DNA of 64,000 nt from an uncultured Chthoniobacteraceae bacterium (GCA_964595865.1 CAZQRL010000003.1:174083-238082); one strand, 5' to 3'; counted from the first letter of the stretch, positions 1 through 9,815 are shown. Notes: generated by a model from the letters alone, not told the origin. Translations and numbers: made by a program.

Positions 1-111
1 AGACACCCTTCTACCTCATCACCTGGGAGTCCTAAAGAGCGGACCCCCACGGGAGGGCGCTTTAATTTAGATGAAGAATGGCCGGAATCAGGCTATGTTT
101 CCCACCGTCTT

Positions 112-1578
112 ATGAGATCCTTCCGCCTGCACCAACTTCTCGGCGCATGCCTGCCGACTTCGGCGCGCCGGCCTTTCGGGATTTTCCTGGCGGCTTGGGG
201 GCTCATTTTGCCGGGGATGTTCGCGCCGCTCGCGCAGGCTTTGGAGCCGCAAATTCCCAAAGGTGCGGTAGTGGTGCTGCCCATGCAGGGAGAGATTTCT
301 GAAGCCCAATTCCTCATCCTACGACGGGCCCTCAAAGCTGCGGAGAGTGCCGAAGCGGCAGCGTTTGTCATCAACATGGACACGCCTGGGGGAAGCCTTG
401 GAGCCGGGGTGAAAATTCTCAATGCTCTGCTGGAGAGCCGTGTGCCGACGATTACCTGGGTCAATACGAATGCTGGTTCGGCCGGGGCTTTGATCGCTCT
501 GGGGACCCAGCGGATTTATATGGCTCCGGTGAGTGCGATCGGCGCCGCCGCTCCCGTAATGGGTGGGGGACAGGAAATCCCTGAAACCATGAGCGCCAAG
601 ATCATCTCCTATTACTCGGGCTATTTCCGCAGTGCCGCCGAGAAAAACGGCTACAACCCGGAGTTGGCGGAAGCTTTCATCAACAAAGACAAGGAGCTGA
701 AAATCGGGGACACGGTGATTTCCAAAGCAGGAGAATTGCTGACCTTGTCCGCGCAGGAAGCGGTGCGCAGGTTTGACGACAAGCCTCTCCTGGCCTCGGG
801 GATTGCGGCCAATGTGCGCCAGTTGGCCGATGAAGCCGGTTTGCAAGAGGCGCCGATTTTTGCGTGGGAGCCCAGCGGATTTGAAAAGGCCGCGCAATGG
901 ATCACCACCTTGGCTCCGCTTTTCCTCCTCGGCGGCATCATCGGGGCTTACATGGAGTTCAAAACTCCTGGCTTTGGAGTGCCCGGATTCGTCGCGGCGA
1001 TCTGCTTTTTGCTATTTTTTGCCGGGCACTACATCGCTGGCCTCACGGGCTTCGAAGCCGCCACGCTCTTCCTCTTCGGTTTTTTCCTTGTGCTCTTCGA
1101 ACTCCTCTTTTTCCCCGGCCTTTTTTTCATTTCCGCCATTGGTCTGCTCTGCATGGTCGGCGGGATCCTTTTCGCCATGGTGGATTATTGGCCGGAGCGG
1201 GAGTTTGAAATTTCTTTTGCCACCTTGGGTCCTTCGCTCATCAACTTCGCCATCACCATTCTCCTGGCGGCGATTATCATTTCTCTTCTGGCCCGCTACC
1301 TGCCTTCGCTGCCGGTCTTTCGCACCTTTTTTCTCCGGGCGCACAGCCCGGTCGGGCCTTCGATTCCAGCTCCGGTGCTGAGTTTGGTGCAGGAGAAAAT
1401 CGAGCCGGGGCAGACCGGGTTGGCGCGGACGGATTTGCGGCCGGTCGGCAAGGCGGATTTTGGGGCGTTAGTCACGGAGGTGAAAACCGAGGGCGATTTT
1501 GTGCCTGCCGGGAGCAAAGTGCGAGTGCTGCGTCGTGAGGGCAACCAATGGGTCGTCGCCGCCGTTCCTCCGACCTGA
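112..1578 (+). CDS. NfeD-family membrane-bound ClpP-class serine protease
   Basis: 488-aa ORF with a signal-like N-terminus. ClpP/SppA-like core (FVINMDTPGGS, NTNAGSAGALIALG), a block of hydrophobic helices (aa ~270-400), and a C-terminal NfeD OB-fold-like tail (GQTGLARTDLRPVGKADFG...VRVLRREGNQWVV). Confidence 0.8.
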   Translation: MRSFRLHQLLGACLPTSARRPFGIFLAAWGLILPGMFAPLAQALEPQIPKGAVVVLPMQGEISEAQFLILRRALKAAESAEAAAFVINMDTPGGSLGAGVKILNALLESRVPTITWVNTNAGSAGALIALGTQRIYMAPVSAIGAAAPVMGGGQEIPETMSAKIISYYSGYFRSAAEKNGYNPELAEAFINKDKELKIGDTVISKAGELLTLSAQEAVRRFDDKPLLASGIAANVRQLADEAGLQEAPIFAWEPSGFEKAAQWITTLAPLFLLGGIIGAYMEFKTPGFGVPGFVAAICFLLFFAGHYIAGLTGFEAATLFLFGFFLVLFELLFFPGLFFISAIGLLCMVGGILFAMVDYWPEREFEISFATLGPSLINFAITILLAAIIISLLARYLPSLPVFRTFFLRAHSPVGPSIPAPVLSLVQEKIEPGQTGLARTDLRPVGKADFGALVTEVKTEGDFVPAGSKVRVLRREGNQWVVAAVPPT

Positions 1579-1598
1579 ACTCCATCCGTTTTCATCCC

Positions 1599-2537
1599 AT
1601 GCAAGCCACCGGCACTGACCTCATCGAAGAAATTCTGGAACTCAAACGGGAGCGCCACGCGGTGATCCTGGCCCATAACTATCAGACTCCAGACATTCAG
1701 GATGTAGCGGATTACGTGGGGGATTCCCTCGGCTTAAGCTACCGGGCGGCTGAGACCGATGCTGCGGTGATCGCCTTCTGCGGGGTGCACTTCATGGGCG
1801 AGACCGCCAAAATCATTAACCCACAAAAAACCGTGGTGCTGCCGGATTTGCAGGCCGGTTGCTCACTTTCCGATTCCTGCCCGGCCGAGCAGCTACAAGC
1901 ATTCCTCGAGGCGCATGCCGAGAGGAATTACTACGTTGTAGCCTACATTAACTGTAGCGCTGGCGTGAAAGCGCTCAGCGATGTCATCGTCACCAGTGGG
2001 AATGCGCTGCGCATTGTCCAACGCGTGCCTGCGGATCGGCGGATTCTTTTTGTCCCGGATCAGAATCTCGGGGCTTGGGTCATGGAACGGACCGGGCGGC
2101 AGATGGATCTCTGGCAGGGGAATTGCTACGTGCATGTCGAGTTCACGCGGCAGAGCATTGCCCGCATTAAACAGGAATACCCCAGCGCTTGCGTCGTCGC
2201 CCACCCCGAGTGCACAACTGCAGTGCGGCTTTTGGCGAATGAGGTGTGCTCGACGGAGCGCATGCTTAGCTTTTGCCGGGAGCATCCCGCGAGCCACTTC
2301 ATCGTGGTTACGGAGTCGGGGATGTTGCATCGCTTGCGCAAGGAAGTCCCGGGGAAAACTTTCATCGCTGGCCCGACGGATACCTGCTCCTGCAATGATT
2401 GCCGCTACATGAAGATGAATACTCTGGAGAAGTTGCACGCGTGTTTGCGAGATCTGCAGCCGGAGATCACTTTGCCGGAGGAGTTGCGTCAGCGCGCGGA
2501 GTTGCCCCTGCGGCGGATGCTGGAATGGAGTCGCTGA
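1599..2537 (+). CDS. nadA: quinolinate synthase
   Basis: ORF 1548..2537. The internal ATG at 1599 (MQATGTDLIEEIL) is preferred because the upstream codons overlap the nfeD end. NadA hallmarks: ILAHNYQ, FCGVHFMGETAKI, AGCSLSDSC, AYINCSA, HPEC. Confidence 0.9.
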   Translation: MQATGTDLIEEILELKRERHAVILAHNYQTPDIQDVADYVGDSLGLSYRAAETDAAVIAFCGVHFMGETAKIINPQKTVVLPDLQAGCSLSDSCPAEQLQAFLEAHAERNYYVVAYINCSAGVKALSDVIVTSGNALRIVQRVPADRRILFVPDQNLGAWVMERTGRQMDLWQGNCYVHVEFTRQSIARIKQEYPSACVVAHPECTTAVRLLANEVCSTERMLSFCREHPASHFIVVTESGMLHRLRKEVPGKTFIAGPTDTCSCNDCRYMKMNTLEKLHACLRDLQPEITLPEELRQRAELPLRRMLEWSR

Positions 2538-2570
2538 GGGCTTGATGACTCGGCACCTACCCCCTTGAGA

Positions 2571-3419
2571 TCAGACGAGCTGGGCGACGAATTTTTCCCG
2601 ATCGAAGGGCTCCCAATCGGTGGCCTTCTCGCCCGAGCCCAGAAAGCGGGGCGAAAGTCCCAACTCATGCTGGATCGCTGCCGCAATGCCACCTTTGCCG
2701 CTGCCATCGGTCTTCGTGAGCACGATGCCGGTGAGCCCCACTGCTTGGTGAAACTCCCGTGCCTGCACCAGGCCATTCATGCCCGTGCAAGCATCCACGA
2801 CGAGCCACTTTTCCTCGGGGACTTCAGGGTGGTGTTTGGCCAGTGTGCGCGGAACTTTGGCGAGCTCCTGCATGAGATTGCTCTTGGTATGCAGGCGGCC
2901 CGCAGTATCGCAAATGAGGAACTCGGTCTGGCGGCGCTGCGCGGCTTGCCAGGCATCGTAGCAGAGAGCCGCCGAGTCGCCCTGGTATTGCCCAGCGATG
3001 ACTTCGATGTCGAGTTGCTCGCCCCAACGCTGCAACTGCTCGATAGCCGCCGCCCGGAAGGTATCGGCGGCCGCGAGGAGCACCGAGTGGCGACGGGATT
3101 TCAGCCAGTGAGCGAGTTTGGCGCTGGAGGTGGTCTTACCCGTGCCATTGACGCCGAGCATAAGAATGGTGCGGGGGCGCGAGGGGTGCGGTCGGAGCGG
3201 CGGCACCACGGGAGGGAAAAGCTGCGTGAGCTCCCGACGTGTCACTTCCACGACGGTTTCCCCTGTGACTTCGCGGCCTAATTCCCGCAGCCGCTCAAGG
3301 ATTTGCAAACTCAACGAAACTCCCAGGTCCCCACGAATGAGTGTCTCCTCCAGCTCATCCCAACCCACTGGGCGCGATTGAAATTGCCCGAGAAATTTTT
3401 TTAGGAAACCGAAGGCCAC
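2571..3419 (-). CDS. ftsY: signal recognition particle receptor FtsY (short NG-only form)
   Basis: 282 aa. SRP-GTPase motifs GVNGTGKTT, DTAGRLH, LTKTDGSGKGG and the FtsY-type N-domain. Confidence 0.9.
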   Translation of the reverse strand: MAFGFLKKFLGQFQSRPVGWDELEETLIRGDLGVSLSLQILERLRELGREVTGETVVEVTRRELTQLFPPVVPPLRPHPSRPRTILMLGVNGTGKTTSSAKLAHWLKSRRHSVLLAAADTFRAAAIEQLQRWGEQLDIEVIAGQYQGDSAALCYDAWQAAQRRQTEFLICDTAGRLHTKSNLMQELAKVPRTLAKHHPEVPEEKWLVVDACTGMNGLVQAREFHQAVGLTGIVLTKTDGSGKGGIAAAIQHELGLSPRFLGSGEKATDWEPFDREKFVAQLV

Positions 3420-3422
3420 GAT

Positions 3423-3869
3423 TTAGGACGAGGTGGGAGGCGGGGAAAGGCGGGTGCGAGCAGGCCGGGAGAGTCCGGCGCGGCAGCGGTCCAGAATGCC
3501 ATTGACGAAACGTCCCGATTCCTCGGTGCTGTATTTCTTGGCGATCTCAATGGCCTCGTTGATGGAAACGACCGGGGGAACTTCCGGGCAGTAAAGCATT
3601 TCATAGAGAGCCACGCGCAGGATATTGCGATCCACCGCCGAGATGCGGTGCAGCTCGTAGTTTTCGCAGAGCCGTGCCAACTCGGCATCTACCTCGGTGG
3701 CCTTTTCCAAAACGCCCTGCACAAGCGCGCGGCAAAATTTCCGGGCGCTGGGGCTGGAGTCGCGGATGCGGAAAAAGGCTTCCAGCGCCCCCTCGTCATC
3801 GGCTCCGCCAAGATCCCGCAGGAAGAGAAATTGCATGGCCGATTCCCGGCCTTCGCGTCGGGCTCCCAT
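3423..3869 (-). CDS. nusB: transcription antitermination factor NusB
   Basis: ORF 3423..4010. The internal start at 3869 (MGARREGRESAMQFLF) lies 1 nt after the ribH stop. NusB-like core: DRNILRVALYEM...INEAIEIAKKY...FVNGILD. Confidence 0.85.
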   Translation of the reverse strand: MGARREGRESAMQFLFLRDLGGADDEGALEAFFRIRDSSPSARKFCRALVQGVLEKATEVDAELARLCENYELHRISAVDRNILRVALYEMLYCPEVPPVVSINEAIEIAKKYSTEESGRFVNGILDRCRAGLSRPARTRLSPPPTSS

Positions 3870-3870
3870 C

Positions 3871-4368
3871 TCAGAAACTTTCCCCTCGCCAGCGCCGCAG
3901 CTCGGCCACCATGCGCGTGGCAGCCCGGGCGGCCTCCCATCCGCGGTTGAGTTCTTCGCCCAGGCAGCGGTCCCGGGCTTGTTCCTCGGTGCGCACCACC
4001 AAAATCTCATGCAGCACGGGGGTGCGAAAATGCAGCGCCAGATCCTGTAGCGCGTTGGTCACACTGCGAGCGATGAGATCCGCGTGCAGAGTTTCCCCTT
4101 CGAAGAGCAAACCAAAAGCCAGGACTGCATCTGGTCGGTGGCGCTCCAAGAGCTCCTGGGCCAGCAGGGGAATCTCGAAAGAACCTGGGGCGCAGGCCTC
4201 CAGCAGCCGACATAAGGGGTCGAGAGCCCGTAACTCTGCCGCCGCAGCTTGGCTCATTCCCCCGACTAATTCCTCGTGGTAGGCGCTGCGCACCAGAGCG
4301 TAGGTGCCAGATAGCGGTGTTGGCGCTTGGGGACGTGCAGGGATCTGTCGGGCCATCGTGTTCTTCAA
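3871..4368 (-). CDS. ribH: 6,7-dimethyl-8-ribityllumazine synthase
   Basis: 165 aa with GSFEIPLLAQ and FGLLFEGETLHADLIARSV motifs, in the classic ribH-nusB pairing. Confidence 0.9.
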   Translation of the reverse strand: MKNTMARQIPARPQAPTPLSGTYALVRSAYHEELVGGMSQAAAAELRALDPLCRLLEACAPGSFEIPLLAQELLERHRPDAVLAFGLLFEGETLHADLIARSVTNALQDLALHFRTPVLHEILVVRTEEQARDRCLGEELNRGWEAARAATRMVAELRRWRGESF

Positions 4369-4414
4369 TGCTGGCGGAAAAGCCGCCGAGGGTCAATCCT
4401 GCGGGAAAGCAGCG

Positions 4415-5560
4415 TCAGGCTGGCAGGGCCTCGCGCACCAGACGATGGGTGGCCAGCCAGTGCTCAATAGCCCGACGCAGCTCGGTCTGAGCCGCCTCGT
4501 AATCGGCCCGAATGCGACGGAATCGCCGCTGGGAAATTTCCTGCCTTTCGGCTAGCGCGGCCCGGTAGCTAGCGAGCATGGCTTCCCAACTTTCCAGGGT
4601 CTGTTGCAGCTGCCAGCGCGCCTGCGCCAAGCCAGCGTCCAGAGCTGCCGGCAAAGTCCCACCGTGATTCTCGATTCTGCGGGCAAGCTTCCGTTCCTGC
4701 TCCGCAATCCGGGCTTTGACAATCTTCTCCTCTGGCACCGTGCGGAGCCCGCGCACCAGACCGAGCTTCGACAACAACCAGATCGTCCACTTCGTCGGAT
4801 CGAATTGCCAAGGCCGCACTCCATTCCGGTAATCGTGCTGGAACTCATGGTGGAAATTGTGGTAGCCCTCGCCAAAGGTGAAGAGGGCCATGAGAAAACT
4901 GTCGCGGGCCGAGCAGGTGCCGGAGTAAGGACGATCGCCGATCCAATGGCAAAGGGAATTGATGCAAAAGGTCATGTGATGGACTGCGACCACCCGGGCG
5001 ACTCCCGCAAGGAGAAAAGCGCCTAGGGCTGCCATCGGTCCGCCGACTAACCAGCCCATCAGGGTCGGCAGCCCGAACCCCATTCCCACCGCCAGCGGCA
5101 CATAATAACGGTGCTGCCACGCCGCCAAACGGTCCTTCTGCAAATCCCGCACCCAGGTGAGCGGGGTGTCGGGCCCATGGCGGAAAAGCAGCCAGCCGAT
5201 GTGCGCATGGAAGAAGCCTTTGTGGATGTCGTAGGGGTCTTCCTCCTCGTCCACATGCTTGTGATGCCGCCGATGGTCGGCACACCACCCCATCGCTGAC
5301 CCCTCAAACGCTGCGGCCCCGAAAAGCAGGGTGAAAAGTTTGACAACCGGGCTGGCTTGAAAAGTCAGGTGGGAAAAAAGCCGATGATATCCGAGCGTGA
5401 TGCTCATCCCAGTGGCGACGGTAAAAAAGGCGAACAATCCGAGTTGGAAGGCATCGAAGCCCACCAGCCAAGCATAGGCTGGGACAGCGGTGAGGGTAAT
5501 AAGCAGAGTACCGCTGAGGAAAAGCGTGTTGAGCCAGTGAACGGGTTTTTTTGGTAACAT
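4415..5560 (-). CDS. acyl-CoA (delta-9 type) fatty acid desaturase
   Basis: ORF 4415..5713. The start at 5560 (MLPKKPVHWLN) avoids overlap with menB. Three His boxes (HRLFSH, HRRHHKH, HNFHHEF), N-terminal TM helices and a coiled C-terminal extension. Confidence 0.85.
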   Translation of the reverse strand: MLPKKPVHWLNTLFLSGTLLITLTAVPAYAWLVGFDAFQLGLFAFFTVATGMSITLGYHRLFSHLTFQASPVVKLFTLLFGAAAFEGSAMGWCADHRRHHKHVDEEEDPYDIHKGFFHAHIGWLLFRHGPDTPLTWVRDLQKDRLAAWQHRYYVPLAVGMGFGLPTLMGWLVGGPMAALGAFLLAGVARVVAVHHMTFCINSLCHWIGDRPYSGTCSARDSFLMALFTFGEGYHNFHHEFQHDYRNGVRPWQFDPTKWTIWLLSKLGLVRGLRTVPEEKIVKARIAEQERKLARRIENHGGTLPAALDAGLAQARWQLQQTLESWEAMLASYRAALAERQEISQRRFRRIRADYEAAQTELRRAIEHWLATHRLVREALPA

Positions 5561-5661
5561 AGAGCAAGAAGGAACCAAGCAACCTAGCCGGGTTGCGTGT
5601 CGGCGAAAGGACGAACTCAAATTATTTTCCCGCAGGAGAATCCTCGCTGCCTGTGGGAAAC

Positions 5662-6486
5662 TTAGGGATGTCGGGGGAATTTGCCAAAGTCCGGCGGTCG
5701 TTTTTCCAGCCACGCATCCCGGCCTTCCTGTCCCTCGGGCGTCATATAGTATAGGAGCGTGGCATTGCCGGCCAGTTCCTGCAGTCCGGCTTGGCCGTCG
5801 CAGTCGGCATTCAAAGCCGCTTTGAGACAGCGCAAGGCGAGGGGAGACTTGCTAAGCATTTCCCGGCACCAATTTACAGTTTCAGCTTCGAGCCGTTCCA
5901 AAGGCACCACGCTATTGACCAATCCCAGCCGCAGGGCTTCCTGGGCATCGTAAACCCGACAGAGGAACCAAATTTCCCGGGCTTTTTTTTGCCCGACGAT
6001 CCGTGCCAAGTAGCTGGCTCCGTAGCCTCCGTCAAACGAGCCAACCTTCGGCCCGGTCTGGCCAAATTTCGCATTCTCTGCCGCGATGGTCAGGTCGCAC
6101 ATCACATGCAAGACATGCCCTCCCCCGATGGCCCAACCCGCTACCATGGCCACCACCGGCTTCGGGCAGGTGCGGATTTGCCGTTGGAAATCGAGCACGT
6201 TCAGCCGTTCGATCCCACTTTCATCCTCGTAGCCCGCATCACCCCGCACTTTGATATCCCCACCGGAACAAAATGCCTCCGGCCCTTCCCCGGTGAGGAT
6301 AATCACTCCAATCGCCGGATCATCCCGTGCGTCGTCCAGCGCGGCTTGCATTTCCCGCACCGTGAGCGGACGAAAGGCGTTGCGCACTTGGGGGCGGTTG
6401 ATGGTGATCTTGGCGATCCCTTCAGCCTTTTCGTAGCGGATATCGGTGAACGGGCGAGCGATTTGCCAAGCAGGAATTTCAGCCAT
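5662..6486 (-). CDS. menB: 1,4-dihydroxy-2-naphthoyl-CoA synthase
   Basis: 274 aa crotonase fold: [31 protein letters not shown]. Confidence 0.9.
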   Translation of the reverse strand: MAEIPAWQIARPFTDIRYEKAEGIAKITINRPQVRNAFRPLTVREMQAALDDARDDPAIGVIILTGEGPEAFCSGGDIKVRGDAGYEDESGIERLNVLDFQRQIRTCPKPVVAMVAGWAIGGGHVLHVMCDLTIAAENAKFGQTGPKVGSFDGGYGASYLARIVGQKKAREIWFLCRVYDAQEALRLGLVNSVVPLERLEAETVNWCREMLSKSPLALRCLKAALNADCDGQAGLQELAGNATLLYYMTPEGQEGRDAWLEKRPPDFGKFPRHP

Positions 6487-6534
6487 GGTTAGAGATTGGC
6501 TGGTGCGGAGAAAAAATCAACCGGCTTCTCGCTG

Positions 6535-6546
6535 GTGCCTTGGCGC
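6535..6546. repeat. 12-nt direct repeat GTGCCTTGGCGC, copy 1 (menB / isomerase-like divergent region)
   Basis: An exact copy recurs at 6585..6596, 50 nt away. Confidence 0.9.
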
Positions 6547-6584
6547 TTGGTCGGGGGGTTGATTGTGTGCTCTTGCTTGTGTTC

Positions 6585-6596
6585 GTGCCTTGGCGC
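6585..6596. repeat. 12-nt direct repeat GTGCCTTGGCGC, copy 2
   Basis: Exact match to 6535..6546. It ends 12 nt before the 6609 start codon. Confidence 0.9.
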
Positions 6597-6608
6597 ATTT
6601 TGTAGGCC

Positions 6609-7190
6609 TTGTTTATGAAGCGATCGGAAATCAACCACGCCTTGCGGGAGGCCAAGGAGGCTTTTGCCCAGGCTGGCTGGGCCCTTACCCTCAATCCCGG
6701 TTGGTATGTCACCGACCTCGGCCTCGGCCGATTCGCCCATACCGGGCTGGTTTTAGTCAATCACGCCGAGGAGCCTGAATGCTGCGAGAAACGCATGTTT
6801 TCCCGCTTCCAGCAAATCACCCTCATGCCCACCCACGGTTGCAAAAAGGAGGGTATCATCTGTCGGCGCGGACTGCTCACACGGGAGCTTTGGGCCGGGC
6901 CCCGGGAAAAAACCGCTCTCGCAACCCCTATCGAGTTGCATCGAAATGGATCCCCTTTTACTGCCCGAAGTGCCGAACCTTTCCCGATCGCAGCCGGAGA
7001 GCGCGTAACCTTGGTGCCCGGGCGCTATGATGCCATTTGGGCAGAATCTGAGGAGGGCTGCGTGATTGGAGAGGTCTCCACGGCCAATGACGATGCCCAC
7101 GACAACTTTTTTACCGACCCGGAGAATGGCCGTTTCCCCCACATTGAGGAAGACGAGCCGCCACTCTGTCCCCTCATCGGCGATCACTAA
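6609..7190 (+). CDS. D-lyxose/D-mannose isomerase-like cupin, apparently lacking the metal-binding His residues
   Basis: 193 aa. N-terminus MKRSEINHALREAKEAF and C-terminal GEVSTANDDAHDNFFTD match the YdaE/lyxose-isomerase family as I remember it. The HxH region reads PTHGCKKEGIICRRG and the later His reads YDAIW. Confidence 0.55.
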   Translation: MFMKRSEINHALREAKEAFAQAGWALTLNPGWYVTDLGLGRFAHTGLVLVNHAEEPECCEKRMFSRFQQITLMPTHGCKKEGIICRRGLLTRELWAGPREKTALATPIELHRNGSPFTARSAEPFPIAAGERVTLVPGRYDAIWAESEEGCVIGEVSTANDDAHDNFFTDPENGRFPHIEEDEPPLCPLIGDH

Positions 7191-7208
7191 CCTTCACCTC
7201 TGCGATTT

Positions 7209-8315
7209 ATGCCTGCGGCCCTGCCTGATCTCGTCACGATGCTCACGGAGACTGTCCGGCAAGGTGCTTCGGATCTGCATCTCGCCGTCGGGGTCCCACC
7301 TTGCATCCGGCAAAACGGCGAGATCCTCCCTCTCTACGAACAAATTCTTTCCGGGGAGGACAGCCGCCGTCTGGTTCTGGAGGTGCTCACCCAATCTCAG
7401 CGGGCGCGGCTCGAGGATGAGTGGGAGCTAGATTTTGCCCTGGAGATCGAAGGTCTCGGGCGCTTCCGGGGCAATGCGCATTACAGCCGTGGAGCCCTCG
7501 AAGCGGCTTTCCGCTTCCTGCCTGCCACCATCCCTGCGCTCGAAACCCTCGGTCATCGGCCCACCATCTTTTCGCTTTGCCAGCTGCGACGCGGCTTGGT
7601 GCTGGTCACAGGAATCACTGGCTCGGGCAAAAGCACTACCCTCGCCGCGATGGTGCAGGAAATTTCCCGCCAACGAGCCGGGGTCATTGTGACTATAGAA
7701 GATCCGATCGAGTATCACATTCCGAGCCAACGCAGTGTGGTCAAGCAACGGGAAATCGGGGCCGATACGCACAGTTTCCCCGAGGCTTTACGCCACGTTC
7801 TTCGGCAAGATCCCGACGTCATTCTCCTCGGAGAAATGCGCGATCCGGAAACCATTCGCGCCGCTATCACCGCTGCCGAAACCGGACATCTCGTTCTCGC
7901 TACCCTGCATACTATTGATGCCCCCAAAGCCATCGACCGAATCGTGGATGCGTTCCCCGGTGAGCAACAGCCGCAGATTATCGCCATGCTGGCCAATTCC
8001 CTTGAGGCCGTGGTCTCGCAGCGCCTCCTGCCCCGCGCCGATGGATCGGGACGCGTCCTGGCTTCGGAAATTCTCGTCGCCAACCTCGCGGTCCGAGCTT
8101 GCCTGCGTGAACGGCGCTGGGAGCAAATCGTCGGGCTCATCGAAATCGGAGCCAAGGAAGGGATGAATACCATTGACGAATCGCTGGGTGAACTCCTGGC
8201 GGCGGGGTGGATCACCCAGGAGGAGGCGGAAGCCCAAGCCCGAGACAAACTTCTCGTGGCCGAATACGCCCGACGTCCTGCCTCCCGTCCCGGGCGCGGC
8301 TTTTTCCGGGCCTGA
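7209..8315 (+). CDS. pilT: type IV pilus retraction ATPase PilT
   Basis: 368 aa. Walker A GITGSGKST, Asp box VILLGEMRD, His box ETGHLVLATLHT, and GASDLHL at the N-terminus. Confidence 0.85.
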   Translation: MPAALPDLVTMLTETVRQGASDLHLAVGVPPCIRQNGEILPLYEQILSGEDSRRLVLEVLTQSQRARLEDEWELDFALEIEGLGRFRGNAHYSRGALEAAFRFLPATIPALETLGHRPTIFSLCQLRRGLVLVTGITGSGKSTTLAAMVQEISRQRAGVIVTIEDPIEYHIPSQRSVVKQREIGADTHSFPEALRHVLRQDPDVILLGEMRDPETIRAAITAAETGHLVLATLHTIDAPKAIDRIVDAFPGEQQPQIIAMLANSLEAVVSQRLLPRADGSGRVLASEILVANLAVRACLRERRWEQIVGLIEIGAKEGMNTIDESLGELLAAGWITQEEAEAQARDKLLVAEYARRPASRPGRGFFRA

Positions 8316-8320
8316 ACCTC

Positions 8321-9634
8321 ATGGCCGGCGGCTTGTTTCCCTGGCTGCAACAGCCCGGCTCGCTCACGGCTTGGCGCTGCTCGGAGCGACAGGCCTCTTA
8401 CGACGAGCTTCAAGAGCACTTGGCCCAGCACTTATCTCGATTACCTTCCGGCGCCATCCTTGCCACCCACGCCCCGAATAGCCCGGAGCTACTCGAAATT
8501 CTCCTCGCGGCTCTCCTTGCTGGACGAACGGTTTTTCCCCAACTGCATCGTTGGCCACCCCGGAGAGCCTGCGAACTAGCCCAGCTTTTCGGAGCTTCTG
8601 CCCTCTGGACGCCAACTCACGGTTGGGAAATCTTGCCATCTCAGCCCACCGAATTGCCTCCAGGACAGGGGACCCTGCTGCTCACTTCCGGTTCCTCTGG
8701 CTTTCCCAAGGCCGTCTGGCATCCGCTCTCGGCGCACTTGGCCTCTGCTTTTGCTTCCCAAACGCTCCTGCCGGTCGGGCCCGGTTCACAATGGTTGCTG
8801 GATCTCTCATTGGCACATGTCAGCGGACTGGCTGTCGTCATTCGCTGCCTGGCTCACGGTGGGACGGTTGTTTTTCCTTCCTCGCCGAAATCACCAACTT
8901 GGCCTCCCGGGATCACCCACCTTTCTGTCGTGTCCACTCAGCTCTCCCGCCTTCTGGAACAGGATGACCTCGGAAAGTCGCCGCCGCTTCTTCTTGCCGG
9001 CGGTGGACCCTTCGCTCCCCAACTGCTGCGCCGCGCCCTCGCTCGCGGTCTCCCAATTTTTCTCTCCTACGGCATGACCGAGGCCGCCTCGCAAATTTGC
9101 ACCCGCCGCTTGCAGCCCGCAGACTGCGCCAGCGAGGAAATCGTCGGCTGCGGTCCGCCTCTTCCCGGCTGGGAGGTGCGCTCCAGCATAGACCAAGAGT
9201 TGCAAATTCGCGGCCCCGCACTCGCTCCCTATTACCTTCTCCCGGGAGGAAAAATTCAACCGCTCGGCGACGCGGAAGGTTGGTTCAGCACGCGAGACAT
9301 CGGGGATTTTGCCCCCGAGTCCGGCTGGAAAATTCTCGGCCGTCGGGATCGCATGTTCATTTCCGGCGGAGAAAACATCCATCCCGAGCAGATCGAGCAC
9401 CTCTTGATGCAGTGCCCCGGAGTCGTTCGCGTTCGCGTCCTTGCCAAAGCTTGTTCCGAATACGGTTTTCGCCCGATTGCCTTTGTCGCCGGCGATTTTT
9501 CACGAGAAGCCCTCTTGGACTTTCTCTCGGCAAAAGTTCCCCGCTTTGCTTTGCCCACAGAGATAAAACCCTGGCCAACTCACCTCGACCCTCACCAACC
9601 GAAGCTGCGGGAGGAAGATTTTCCCGCCTCCTGA
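8321..9634 (+). CDS. menE: AMP-dependent acyl-CoA ligase, O-succinylbenzoate-CoA ligase (MenE)-like
   Basis: ORF 8207..9634. The ATG at 8321 lies 5 nt after the pilT stop. Adenylation motifs LLLTSGSSGFPKAV, YGMTEAAS, GWFSTRDIG, GRRDRMFISGGENIHP. The size (~437 aa) and nearby menB support a MenE call. Confidence 0.6.
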   Translation: MAGGLFPWLQQPGSLTAWRCSERQASYDELQEHLAQHLSRLPSGAILATHAPNSPELLEILLAALLAGRTVFPQLHRWPPRRACELAQLFGASALWTPTHGWEILPSQPTELPPGQGTLLLTSGSSGFPKAVWHPLSAHLASAFASQTLLPVGPGSQWLLDLSLAHVSGLAVVIRCLAHGGTVVFPSSPKSPTWPPGITHLSVVSTQLSRLLEQDDLGKSPPLLLAGGGPFAPQLLRRALARGLPIFLSYGMTEAASQICTRRLQPADCASEEIVGCGPPLPGWEVRSSIDQELQIRGPALAPYYLLPGGKIQPLGDAEGWFSTRDIGDFAPESGWKILGRRDRMFISGGENIHPEQIEHLLMQCPGVVRVRVLAKACSEYGFRPIAFVAGDFSREALLDFLSAKVPRFALPTEIKPWPTHLDPHQPKLREEDFPAS

Positions 9635-9815
9635 GCTGCTCCACGGCACTTCAGACGGTGTCGCAGCACCCCGCTGCCTCCGACCCTCCAGCAACTTTGG
9701 GCAAAAAAAATAGGCGTTTGCTGCGCCAAAAAATCACCAGAAAAAACTTCGCTAATTTTTTCCTTAATCATTTTTTCTCAGTTAAATAGGTCAATTTTTG
9801 CTGCGAGTTTATTAA

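Noticed and set aside
4369-4414. FMN riboswitch upstream of ribH.
   Set aside because: Only 46 nt separate ribH from the preceding gene, which is too short for the FMN element, and no conserved riboswitch motifs were seen.
6571-6596. Possible sigma54 -24/-12 element on the minus strand (aGGCACgaacaCAAGCa) facing menB.
   Set aside because: Both elements deviate from TGGCAC-N5-TTGC, and no enhancer-binding protein gene lies nearby. It is kept only as part of the 12-nt direct-repeat observation.
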